NCBI RefSeq assembly: GCF_006345805.1
Contig: NC_043009.1
Location: 10,044,001-10,108,000, forward strand
Direction: 5' to 3'
Source: Octopus sinensis
Taxonomy: Eukaryota
Length of the DNA stretch: 64,000 nucleotides
The translations under genes were made by a program, and so were the position numbers. This document shows positions 12,492 through 23,901 of the stretch, piece after piece; the first letter of the stretch is position 1, and every line of letters starts with the position of its first letter. A model generated the notes under the pieces. The model was not told the DNA's origin. It saw nothing but the letters and a program-made list of their open reading frames with translations, and made no database searches.

Positions 12492-12954
12492 TTGTTCATA
12501 AACAAAAGCCAGTAATGTAGTTGTTTTGTTAATGGTCAGTTTGATCCAATGGTTCTTAATCACTCATTCCACCCCCACCTTTTTTAAAATCCAAGATAAC
12601 CTCCCATTTTTCTGTTTGGTTTTATTATTCCAATATTTTGCTTAGGCCTAGCGATACTAATAATCTAGCATTAGAGCTCAATGTACGAATTCTTCAGTGG
12701 AAAGCGTTGGCCGAGCACAGAGTGTGTCATAAGAGAAAGCACGCAACTATAAGTACATTGCATCTCGAAGCAGAAACAACTGTAAGCCAATGAAATTCAT
12801 TACATAATTTTTTTGTCCAATATTCATTTATATAATCATTTCTTTACCTTTTGACCTACAGATTTAAAAAATAATTTTTTGTAACTAAGCACTTTCAAAC
12901 TTCGGACACTGGTAGAATGTGTCTTATAAAATATCTTTTACTCTTAACATTTTT

Positions 12955-13384
12955 GAGAAAAACTTATATTTAGGAAATTATTTCACGTTAAGGTTCTCGT
13001 ATTTCGGTAATTTCAACCAATCAATGACGTGTATTCAGCTGAATAAAATTACTGCTGTTGTTTGTCAACAAGAACTTCCGGTGGTGTATATTTCGTTTGT
13101 CACTGTTATTTATGACAACTCTAACCCTAAAACCCTAACCCTAAAACCTTAACCTTAACCCGAAAACCCCAACCCTAATCCTAACCCTAAAACCTTAAAA
13201 CCAGTACAAATGCACGAACGATGTCATGAATAACAGTGACAAACGAAAAATAAACCGCCGATAGTTGTTGTTGACAAACAACGGCAATAATTTTATTCAG
13301 CTGAATACACGTCATTGATTGGTTGAAATTAACGAAATACGAGAACTTTGACGTGAAATAACTTCCTAAATATAAGTTTTTCTC
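12955..13384. mobile_element. Fold-back element: about 165-bp inverted arms around a (CCCTAA)-like core
   Basis: Arms 12955-13117 and 13222-13384 are reverse complements; core 13119-13200 is TAACCC/AACCCT repeats; left flank 12850-12960 is homologous to the 8640-8730 MITE segment. Confidence 0.8.
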
Positions 13385-13530
13385 TCCTTGTTTCTTTCCG
13401 TGTTCTTTCCTGTGGAAGAGCGTAGGCTCGAAACGTTAAAGTTTCTTTCAATTCCCGAGCGTTAAACTAATACATTTGCTTGTTGTCTACACAATCTGTC
13501 TTCGTCTTTTGTTTTTTTTTCTCCCCTATA
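13385..13530 (+). mobile_element. Second copy of the Penelope-like repeat with hammerhead-like motif (family iv)
   Basis: CTTTC-CTGTGGA-A-GAGC-GTAG-GCTC-GAAAC-GTT-AAAG at 13405-13441. Confidence 0.6.
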
Positions 13531-13639
13531 TATATGCATACAAGTGTATGTGTATATGTATTTACAAGTATATGTGTATATGTATATACACACATATATA
13601 CATACATATACACTCATTTATGTATATATATATATATTA

Positions 13640-13835
13640 CAGAGATGTACTTGCATAGCGAGTGACTTGATCTGAGATCGTGCGCTGGAACGAAAACAAT
13701 TGCAGCGTGGAAGGTGTTTATAAGCCATTTAAGAAACACACAAAAACCGTTAGATTCACTTCAACATTTAAATTTAATTTGCCAAAATATTTTCGTCGCT
13801 TTGAGACTGCAATCTGTTCACTGACAAAATTCCTT
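13640..13835 (+). repeat. Unclassified interspersed repeat (inverted copy at 58255-58370)
   Basis: TGCAGCGTGGAAGGTGTTTATAAGCCATTTAAGAAACACACAAAAACCGTTAGATTCACTTCAACATTTAAATTTAATT is shared by both loci. Confidence 0.75.
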
Positions 13836-13909
13836 GACGTATAAAGACCCACCCGCGCGCGCGCACACACATATACACACAAACACATCTTAACCATATG
13901 TACACCACA

Positions 13910-14310
13910 TCTTTATATATAAAAGTGAGGTTGTGTGCTGTCTGTCTCCTACGATTTAGATTCCTAACTACTCCCACATTTTGCGGTGCAGTTTAACCAA
14001 AACCAGGTATCTTATAGTCGTGAATCATATCGAGCCCTTCTGGGTATTAGCGCGCGTCTACGATGAGTCTACGATTTAAAAAAAACATTTACCATCATTT
14101 TTTTCCATTTTAATGCATTTTTTCGCTATTATATCAGGGAAGTAACTCTCTAAAAATGTCTACGATGAGTCAACGATTTAAAAAAAAATTACCATCATTT
14201 TTTTTCCATTTTTAATGCATTTTTTTGCTATCTTTTGGCTATAACTCTCTAAAAATGCTTATATAGTTATTTCCCTTACAAATCCGAGCAACGCCGGGCG
14301 ATACTGCTAG
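13910..14310 (+). mobile_element. Non-autonomous Helitron, copy 2
   Basis: Inserted between A(13909) and T(14311); 5' TC, 3' hairpin plus CTAG; nearly identical to 12088-12491. Confidence 0.85.
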
Positions 14311-14521
14311 TTATGATGATAAAACTAAAACTGTCTTCTTTTCTGTTCTTCTATTGTGAAACACCATATTAATTCTGTCAAACCCTCGCTTATGCAAATC
14401 TGGTGCGAACTTCCTCATTCACAGTCGACCGCATTACAAACTGTCTGTTCCTTGGAAATTAGTATGGAATATAATAAATACGTAACCCTTTTCCGCAACG
14501 ATTATACAAGGCGACATTGTG

Positions 14522-14522
<1 letters not shown>

Positions 14523-14609
<87 letters not shown>

Positions 14610-14632
14610 CTATCTGTCTGTCTCTCTCTCTC
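14523..14632. repeat. (CA)n followed by (CT)-rich microsatellite
   Basis: Direct reading. Confidence 0.95.
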
Positions 14633-14739
14633 TAAAGGAAAAGAAAGGAAATGGAAGCGCCAACAGTTATCTCCCCTCGTAAGCCGTACAAAAATGCTTG
14701 AAAATTGTTGAATTTCGATCGAAGTCGGCAGCAACAACG

Positions 14740-14940
14740 AACTTTTACTTTTATCTTTTTCTTATTTCCGTCGTTGAACTGCGGCCTTGCTGGAGCACCA
14801 TTCGCCTTGAAAGGTTTCGGCAAAACAACTGCAGTACGTGTGTTTTTTCTTTCTTTTAAAGTCTCAAAGTTATTTCATCCAATTCTTTTGCCGAACCGCT
14901 AATTTATGGCGCAATGTCAACAAACCAGCACCCGTTGTCA
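14740..14940 (-). mobile_element. SINE family B 3' half, degenerate
   Basis: GCGGCCTTGCTGGAGCACC...TTTTGCCGAACCGCTAA. Confidence 0.7.
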
Positions 14941-14974
14941 TATATACATATATATATATATATATAATATATAT

Positions 14975-15023
<49 letters not shown>

Positions 15024-15323
15024 ATGTATGTTTGTATATATATGTATGTATGTTTGTATATATTATATGTATGTTTGTATATGTATGTATGTTTGTATAT
15101 ATACATACATGTATGTTTGTATATATATGTATGTTTGTATATATATGTATGTATGTTTGTATATTATATATGTATGTATGTTTGTATATATATATGTATG
15201 TATGTTTGTAATATATGTATGTATGTTTGTATATATATGTATGTATGTTTGTATATATATGTATGTATGTTTGTATATATATGTATGTATGTTTGCATAT
15301 ATATATATATATATAATATATAT

Positions 15324-15372
<49 letters not shown>

Positions 15373-16000
15373 ATGTATGTTTGTATATATATGTATGTAT
15401 GTTTGTATATTATATGTATGTTTGTATATGTATGTATGTTTGTATATATACATACATGTATGTTTGTATATATATGTATGTTTGTATATATATGTATGTA
15501 TGTTTGTATATATATATATGTATGTATGTTTGTATATATATGTATGTATGTTTGTATATATATGTATGTATGTTTGTATATATATGTATGTATGTTTGTA
15601 TATATATGTATGTATGTTTGTATATATATGTATGTATGTTTGCATATATATATATGTATGTATGTTTGTATATATATATATATGTATGTTTGTATATGTA
15701 TGTATGTATGTTTGTATATATACATACATGTATGTTTGTATATATATGTATGTTTGTATATATATGTATGTATGTTTGTATATATATGTATGTATGTTTG
15801 TATATATATATATGTATGTATGTTTGTATATATATGTATGTATGTTTGTATATATATATATGTATGTTTGTATGTATATGTATGTATGTTTGTATGTATA
15901 TGTATGTAGGTTTGTATATATATGTATGTATGTGTGTGTATATATATATACATGTGTGTGTGTATATATGTATGTGTTTGTATATGTATGTGTGTGTGTG
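14941..16000. repeat. (TA)n / (TATGTATGTTTGTATATATA)n minisatellite with about 350-bp higher-order duplication
   Basis: Roughly 20-22-bp units; the block starting near 15020 recurs near 15370; source of the YVCM/HTYI pseudo-ORFs. Confidence 0.95.
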
Positions 16001-16360
16001 TTTGTCGCCCACTACCACCGCTTGACAACCGATGTTGACGTGTTTACGTCCCCACGACTAAGCAGTTTGGTAAAAGAGACTGATTGAGTAAGTACCAGTC
16101 TTATAAAAAAAAAAAGCAAATGCGGGCGGTGGGGTTGATTGATTCGACTAAAAATACTTGAAGGCGGTGCTCCAGCATGGCCACAGTCAAATGACTGAAG
16201 CATGTAAAAGAATATACATATTCTTTATCTTTTATTTATTTCAGACATTTGACTGCAGCCATGCTGGAGCACCGCCTTTAGTCGAGCAAATCGACCCTAG
16301 GACTTATTGTATATGAAAGCCTCGTACTTCTTCTATCAGTCTCTTTTGCCGATCCGCTCG
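16001..16360. mobile_element. Two SINE B 3' halves in tail-to-tail orientation
   Basis: + copy about 16001-16215; - copy about 16225-16360. Confidence 0.75.
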
Positions 16361-16364
16361 TCCA

Positions 16365-16615
16365 GTGCCCGAGCATTGCTGACCTGTGGGTTTATGTCGA
16401 ACACCTGCTGTCGCGTGTAGGACGGATCTGGCTATCAGCTGAATCCATAGATTGCCCCGCTGTCATCCTTTTGCCGGGAGGGGAAGGTAATTTTTATTTT
16501 GTCTAGTGGCTATAGCGAAAGAGGTAGACTCATGGTGGACTCATTTGAAAGGGCTAAAGTCAGGAACTTTCCTCTTTGGTCAGACCCTCATCGGAAAGGG
16601 AGGATGGAGAGGGAA
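16365..16615 (+). mobile_element. L1/Tx1-clade LINE C-terminal fragment
   Basis: LVQCPSIADLWVYVEHLLSRVGRIWLSAES...; homologous to the minus-strand segment at about 51700-51930. Confidence 0.6.
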
Positions 16616-17177
16616 GTCTGTCGCTCACTCACTCACTCACCTATTCACACTGACTGACTGACTGACTGACTGTGTCACTCATTCACAACACATATATTTC
16701 TTTATTGTCCACAAGGGGCTAAACATAGAGAGGACAAACAAGGACAGACAAACGGATTAAGTCGATTACATCGACCTCAGTGCGAAACTTGTACTTTATT
16801 TATCGACCCATGAGCTTGTCTTTTACAGTATATCACAATGTATTTGTTGTACCAGCATCGGTCCTAGCATTTAGGATACATATCGGTATTGTAAAGGAGG
16901 CCCGCTGCTAATAACAGCAACATCCTGACACCAAATGGAAGTCAGACTATCGACAGACTTTATCTCAGAAGGTGACGCAAAGAAAGAGCTTAATATCAGT
17001 CCAGACGGTTCAGACAACGTTTGTGTGTCGTATGCCGCCTCTCAAGCAATGGCTGATAAATAACTGAAGCAACAGCAACAAGAATAACAACAGCAATAAT
17101 ATATCAATTAACTGAAGAGAGCAACATCTTGTGAATCGGAAGTGAACCCTCTCTAGAAACATTTAATAATTTAATTA

Positions 17178-17592
17178 GGCGGCAAGTTGGCAGAATCGTT
17201 AGCACGCTGGGCGAAATGCTTAGCGGTATTTTGTCTGCCGCTACGTGCTGAGTTCAAATTCCGCTGAGGTCGACTTTGCCTTTCATCCTTTCGGGGTCGA
17301 TAAATTAAGTACCAGTTACGCACTGGGATCGATATGATAGACTTAATCCGTTTGTCTGTCCTTGTTCGTCCCCTCTGTGTTTAGTCCCCTGTGGGTAGTA
17401 AAGAAATAGGTATTTCGTCTGCCGCTACGTTCTGAGTTCAAATTCCGCCGAGATCGACTTTGCCTTCCATCCTTTCGGGTTCGATAAATTAAGTACCAGT
17501 TACGCACTGGGGTCGATATAATCGACTTAATCCGTCTGTCTGTCCTTGTTTGTCTCCTCTGTGTGTAGCCCTTTGTGGGTAGTAAAGAAATA
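17178..17592 (+). mobile_element. SINE family A dimer flanked by a 15-bp TSD
   Basis: AGAAACATTTAATAA at 17155-17169 and 17593-17607; internal junction AAAGAAATAG|GTATTTCGTCTGCC. Confidence 0.9.
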
Positions 17593-17949
17593 AGAAACAT
17601 TTAATAAGCGATTATGTCGAAGCAGTCCAAGAACTGCTGCGGGGATATATAAGTTAGAAGAGACATAAAAAAGAAAGCCCCGTATTTTAAAATAAGGTTA
17701 TGCTAGGCCTTTTGGCTTTAAGCTGTGAACTTGAGAATGAGTTGAGCATGAACTCAAAGTGTGGCAGTATCCTTTTTATTAGGATATCTTTTAGAAATGA
17801 ACAGCAAGCGATAGCTACATCTAATGAAAAAGACAGAAGCGAAAAACATCCATAAAAGGCCGCCATCAGTCACAACAGATTATATATCTGTACTTGGAAA
17901 TTTTTTTCTGTTGGGTGAATTCTCGGGCAAATTTTTTAAAGAATTTTAC

Positions 17950-18575
17950 TGTAGGCTCAGGGATGATATAGGCGCTTTGCAACCACATAGTTTCAGGTTC
18001 AGTTACACTGCGCAGCACATTGGGCAAGTTTCTTCTATTATTGTCTCGAGTCAACAAATGTCTTGTGAAAGAATTTGGTAGACAAAAACTATGCGGAAAC
18101 CCGTTATAATGTGTGTGTGTGTATCTTTGTTCTAGTGCTTTTCTCCCAGTACCTATTTCTTTATTGCCCACAAGGGGCTAAACACAGAGGGGACAAACAA
18201 GGACAGACAAACGGATTAAAGCGATTACATCAACCCCAGTGCGTAACTGGTACTTAATTTATCGACCCCGAAAGGATGAAAGGCAAAGTCGACCTCGGCG
18301 GAATTTGAACTCAGAACGTAACGGCAGACGAAATACGGCTACGCATTTCGCCCGGTGTGCTAACCTTTCTGCCAGCTCGCCGCCCTTTTCTCCCAGTACC
18401 GCTTGGCAACTGGTGTTGGTTTATTTACGTTCCCGTAACTCAGTGGTTCGGCAAAAGCGATCGATAGAATAATTACCAGACTTGAAAAAAAAAAGAAACA
18501 AAAAAAAAAGAAAAACAAAAAGTCCTGAGGTGGTGCCCCAGCGTGGTCACTGTTCAATGGACTGAAACAAGTAAA
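17950..18575 (+). mobile_element. SINE B interrupted by a minus-strand SINE A (about 18150-18385)
   Basis: B 5' half at 17950-18140, B 3' half resumes at 18386; CTTTTCTCCCAGTACC-like duplication on both sides of the A copy. Confidence 0.75.
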
Positions 18576-18679
18576 AGCTAAAGACAGTGCACATCGACCG
18601 ATACAGTTTGGTACAAGTTTGGTATCGTTGGAAGCGAAATCAGGGCTTGTGACACAGGGGTAGTTACTCTTTTATTCTT

Positions 18680-18905
18680 TTACTCTTTTACTTGTTTCAG
18701 TCGAGCAAATCGACCCCAGGACTTATTCTTTGTAAGCCTGGTACTTATTCTATTGGTCTGTTTTTCCGAACCGCAAAGTTTCGTGGACGTAAACACACCA
18801 GCATCGGTTGTCAATCGATGTTGTGGGGACAAACACAGACACACAAACACGCACACGCACACATATATACATATATACGACAGGCTTCTTTCAGTTTCCG
18901 TCCAC
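18680..18905 (-). mobile_element. SINE family B, partial
   Basis: Family B 3' half plus (CA)n linker. Confidence 0.8.
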
Positions 18906-19209
18906 CATAAAGACCCATAGCAAAATACACCAAAGTATTTTGTTCAACGTTCTAACCATTCTAACAATTCTAGAAATTCTAGCGGTTCCCCTCCTTGACA
19001 GGAATATATTTTATCGATCATGGAAGGCTGAAAGTAAAGTTCATCTCGGCGAGAAATGAGCTCAGAACGAAAAGAGCTGGAGAATGTGCCACCAGGCATT
19101 TTGTCTGATGTTTTAACGATCTTCCAATCCATCGCATGGAACACCGACAATTAAACTTGAAGACAACTTCAATATAATCAAGAGCCCCCGAGACAAAATA
19201 CAAAACGCA

Positions 19210-19650
19210 TCAACTGATAACAATTGCAAGGAGTGCAGAATCCAAACTGGAAACATCAGTGCCATCATTAACAGCTGTAAAGGAATGTCTCCGAGATGTT
19301 AGCTTTTTATCAGACATGAAATGTTAGCCAGGATAATCTGAAATAGAATAAGAGAAAAAATAACAATTAATAAAGATGAACCCATTGAGACAGAAGGATG
19401 AAAAGAATATTACCAGAACTTTAAAGAAAAACAGTTATGAAATGAAACACAACCGATTTGATATTGTTGTTTGAAGCCAGAGACTACATGTGCTGTGTAG
19501 AAGTAAGATACCTACCCTTTCATCAACGTAGTAACATACAGGAGAAAGAAGAGAATTGTGGGTCCCTGATGAGGAGTCTGTAAATCTAGTACACAGAATA
19601 TGCTTTTGGCATTATACCTGTTATTAGCGGAGCTATAGGATATATCAGAC
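19210..19650 (+). mobile_element. R4/Dong-type (restriction-like endonuclease) non-LTR retrotransposon 3' remnant
   Basis: Frameshifted translation gives DNNCKECRIQTGNISAIINSC...RHEMLARII (CCHC knuckle and RH motif), KHNRFDIVV (HNxPD-like), VEV, IIPVISGAIG. Confidence 0.7.
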
Positions 19651-19978
19651 GCGGACGCGTCTGCGTTATGTTGTGAGTTCAAATTCCGCCGAGGTTGACT
19701 TTGCCTTTCATCCTTTCAGGGTCGATAAATTAAGTACCAGTTACGCACTGGGGTCGATGTAATCGACTTAATACCTATGTCTGTCCTGGTTTGTTCCCTC
19801 TGTGTTTAGCCCCTTGTGGGTAGTAAAGAAATAGGTATCCGTTCGCAATATGACTGTCTCAGCAAAAAAATAAAACTGCGTGTTTATTTTTTGAGATATA
19901 TTCGTCAAAATTGGGTCAGTTTGTCTTCATGGCACGTTCTGTTGATCTCACTCGATGAACCCGCCTTTGATCTCGATA

Positions 19979-20009
<31 letters not shown>

Positions 20010-20127
20010 ATAATATATATATATATATATGTATATATATATGTGGAGACGCAGCGGACTCGCGTTCGTACGATCGCGGTTTCGATACCCAGACAGGGCG
20101 TTGTGAGTGTTTATTGAGCGTAAACAC

Positions 20128-20188
<61 letters not shown>

Positions 20189-20483
20189 TATACATCTACA
20201 TATAGTTCGATTGACGAATAATAAATGTTTATATAATTACCTTAATATATTGTACGGTACACAAGCAACACCCCACGCACACGCACACACTCATACACAT
20301 CTCTACCTGGTCGAATAAATCGATTAGAGTGAAGCTGGACGTTCCTTTCCAGCGAATATGTATGACTTGATCCACCTGAAAGTATTGAATCCTTAAAGCA
20401 GCAAATGTTTGTCGTTGTTTAAGACTATAATTTGACAGCCTTAACATATGTATTTACATATGTATACATACATACATACATAC

Positions 20484-20555
<72 letters not shown>

Positions 20556-20628
20556 TTATCTATCTTTCTGCCTGGTTATATATGTTTATTTATATGTATG
20601 ATATATATATATATATATATATATATAG

Positions 20629-20700
<72 letters not shown>

Positions 20701-20862
20701 TTATCGCCATACTAATATGGCATTCTTATAAAAATAAGAATAAAGCTGACCGCTTATTAGCTCCATGAGGCCATCGCCTTAAGTTAGCTATTTGATACAC
20801 AAACTGTATCCATATAACCTTTGAACAAGGGAGGTCAGTCGCTCCACACTACTTGGCCGGCA

Positions 20863-20904
20863 GCTACAGACGCGTTTCGGGGTATTGCCCCTTTTCAATG
20901 CAGC
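20863..20904 (-). ncRNA. Type-I minimal hammerhead ribozyme motif (U3-A8 variant), inverted copy
   Basis: Exact reverse complement of 21227-21268. Confidence 0.7.
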
Positions 20905-21226
20905 GTAGCCAAACCAGTAGGTGTCGCTTCTGACAGTCTCTGTTCAAAGGTTTTATTTACCTAGCTTCGGTGGAATATAGCTAACTTAAGGCGATGGCCT
21001 CATGGAGCTAATAAGCGGTCAGCTTTATTCTTATTTTTATAAGAATGCCATATTAGTATGTCGATAACTAATATTTTCCGGGAACGCTGCCGTTGTTCTC
21101 TTTTAGAGAGACTTAGTAATTTTAATATTTCTATTATTGAAAACAAGTGGATGTATTCCACCGAAGCTAGGTAAATAAAACCTTTGAACAGAGACTGTCA
21201 GAAGCGACACCTACTGGTTTGGCTAC

Positions 21227-21268
21227 GCTGCATTGAAAAGGGGCAATACCCCGAAACGCGTCTGTAGC
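21227..21268 (+). ncRNA. Type-I minimal hammerhead ribozyme motif (U3-A8 variant)
   Basis: Stem I GCTGCA/TGTAGC; core TTGAAAA; stem II GGGG-CAATA-CCCC; GAAA; palindromic stem III ACGCGT; GUC triplet at 21260-21262. Confidence 0.7.
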
Positions 21269-21494
21269 TGCCGGCCAAGTAGTGTGGAGCGACTGACCTC
21301 CCTTTCAAAGGTTATATGGATACAGTTTGTGTATCAAATAGCTAACTTAAGGCGATGGCCTCATGGAGCTAATAAGCGGTCAGCTTTATTCTTATTTTTA
21401 TAAGAATGCCATATTAGTATGGCGATAACTAATATTTTCCGGGAACGCTGCCGTTGTTCTCTTTTAGAGAGAGACTTAGTAATTTTAATATTTT

Positions 21495-21505
21495 ATTATA
21501 TATAT

Positions 21506-21550
<45 letters not shown>

Positions 21551-21734
21551 TAATATATATATATATTATGTAGATGTGTATATATATATATGTATGTATA
21601 TGTATATATATATGTATATATATATGTATATATATATGTATATATATATATATATGTATGTATAATATATATGTATATGTATATGTATATGTATATATAT
21701 ATGTATATATGTTGTATATATATATGTATATATG

Positions 21735-21765
<31 letters not shown>

Positions 21766-22158
21766 GTGTATTATAGTATATATGTATATAATATGTATAT
21801 ATATATATATGTATATATATATATGTATATATATATATGTATATATATATGTATATATATGTATATATATGTGTATATATATATATGTGTATGTGTGTAT
21901 ATATATGTGTATATATATGTGTGTGTGTATATATATGTGAATATATATGTGTGTATATATATGTGTATATACATATATATGTATATATGTGTGTGTATAT
22001 ATATATATATATGTATATGTATGTATGTATGTATATATATTAATATATACACATACATATATGATTATATATGTATAGTATATATATATTATATTATATA
22101 TGTATTTATACACACACACACACACATATATTCTTATAAGTACATATATATAGACATT

Positions 22159-22216
<58 letters not shown>

Positions 22217-22250
22217 TATATATATATATGTGTGTGTGTGTTTACTCACA
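21495..22250. repeat. Long (TA)n/(TG)-rich microsatellite
   Basis: Direct reading. Confidence 0.95.
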
Positions 22251-23084
22251 CAGCACACACGTATATGTATTTTGATATGTATGTATGTATATATACTCAT
22301 AGACACATTATTAAGCATTTCCATAATGCACATTCATATACCTCCATGCGCACGCGCACAACACCCCCTCCCTCCAGCATCGTTCCCCCACCATTAAACA
22401 GATAATGAAAAGACATTGAAATAATTGATCGATAATCTTTCGCGGTTAAATAAAGTCAGGAAATATATATATATATATAAAAAGGACAATCTATTTGATT
22501 CTGTATTTCTTCCCCACTTTCCTTCATTCAATTTTTTTGAACACTAAACAGAGAGCTTTTTGTATTTATCTTGTTATTTGAACGACAAACTTACATAAAG
22601 CTGATCGTCTGTTACACAGTTTACATAAACGACCAAGGCCGATCTTTTCTTCCGCCTTTTCCTGCTTTTATACTCTCTTAATGATATACATTATTGTGTA
22701 TTTAATGGATAATGAAAAGTTAAGATCGATTAGACAATGTGACACCAATGTCTTGTCTTACTAAGCAGCTTTTGAATAAGAAACTTTATAGAATTTATTG
22801 CCAGCTCAACGGAGAATTTTTTTCAGTGAATACTTGAAGGATTGGTAGATAAACAGATAAATAAATAGATAGATAAATAGATAGATAAATAGATAGATAG
22901 GTATATAGATAGAGAGAGGGAGAAGGGGAGAGAAAGAAAGGCGGAAAAAGAGGGATATATATATGGAAGAAATGTTTGCATTTTATGCAGCTGTATAGCT
23001 GTAAATGCTGTTGCAGTCATTTTTGTATGATGATTGTCATTGTGGTTATATTTATTGCATGTGTTGTTTTGGCATTGCTAGTGT

Positions 23085-23474
23085 TAGTTTGCTGCTGTTG
23101 CTGTTGAGCGAACGGTCTTCGTCCCAGAGCTCGCAAGATGGGAGAAGTCCGAAACGTGGTCCTTTGCTATTCGTAAGAACCGCAGAAGAGAAAGCAGGTC
23201 AACTCCCGAGACCGAGAGCATCGACGGATGGATGAATGCGCATCCAAGCTCAGCGGTTGCGTAGGAAGTCGGGGACAAGAAACAGGAAGAAAGAGTGAGA
23301 AAAAGTTGGGGCGAAAGAGTACAACAGGGGTCGCCACCACCCTCCTGCCGGAGCCTCGTGGAGCTTTAGGTGTTTTCGCTCAATAAACACACACAACGCC
23401 CGGTCTGGGAATCGAAACCGCGATCCTACGACCGCGAGTCCGCTGCCCTAACCACTGGGCCACTGCGCCTCCAC
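23085..23474 (-). mobile_element. SINE family C, full length with long tail
   Basis: Head GTGGAGGCGCAGTGGCCCAGTGGTTAGGGCAGCGGACTCGCGGTCGTAGG; tail shared with 44052-44400; ends in (CAG/CAA)n. Confidence 0.9.
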
Positions 23475-23858
23475 CTAGTTCAGGCCTGGCCAACTTGAAT
23501 TACACTGTGGGCCACTTTAATCACAGAAAGTTGTTTTGAGGGCCACTAATATGCACTAATAATTAAAATAATCAAATTACAGAATCAAGAATTTTTTCCT
23601 ACTTTTCGTTTGTTTAAAATTATAAAATTATCGGCTATTTGCTTTATTTTGCCACTTATAGATTTTAAATTTATTTTGAAACAAATGTTTTACACAAACA
23701 ATTCTATTTTAAAATTAAGCACAATACTTCAAGTGGCACCTTGGGCAAGTGACTTCTACTATAGCCTCGGGCCGACCGAAGCCTTGTGAGTGGATTTGGT
23801 AGACGGAAACTGAAAGAAGCCTGTCGTATATACGTATGTATATTATATATATATTATA

Positions 23859-23898
<40 letters not shown>

Positions 23899-23901
<3 letters not shown>

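Larger units (their letters stand above)
20694..21494. mobile_element. Non-coding Penelope-like/retrozyme-like element: inverted copy plus 1.4 tandem copies of an about 361-bp unit, inside (TA)n
   Basis: Arms 20694-20977 and 21154-21435 are near-perfect reverse complements; 20978-21130 directly repeats 21339-21494. Confidence 0.85.

Noticed and set aside
14838-16087. Long ORFs of 200-320 aa (YVCM/HTYI-rich)
   Set aside because: Translations of an AT minisatellite that lacks stop codons; the same applies to ORFs at 21.5-22.3, 33.2-34.0, 38, 44.5-45 and 48.5-49.3 kb
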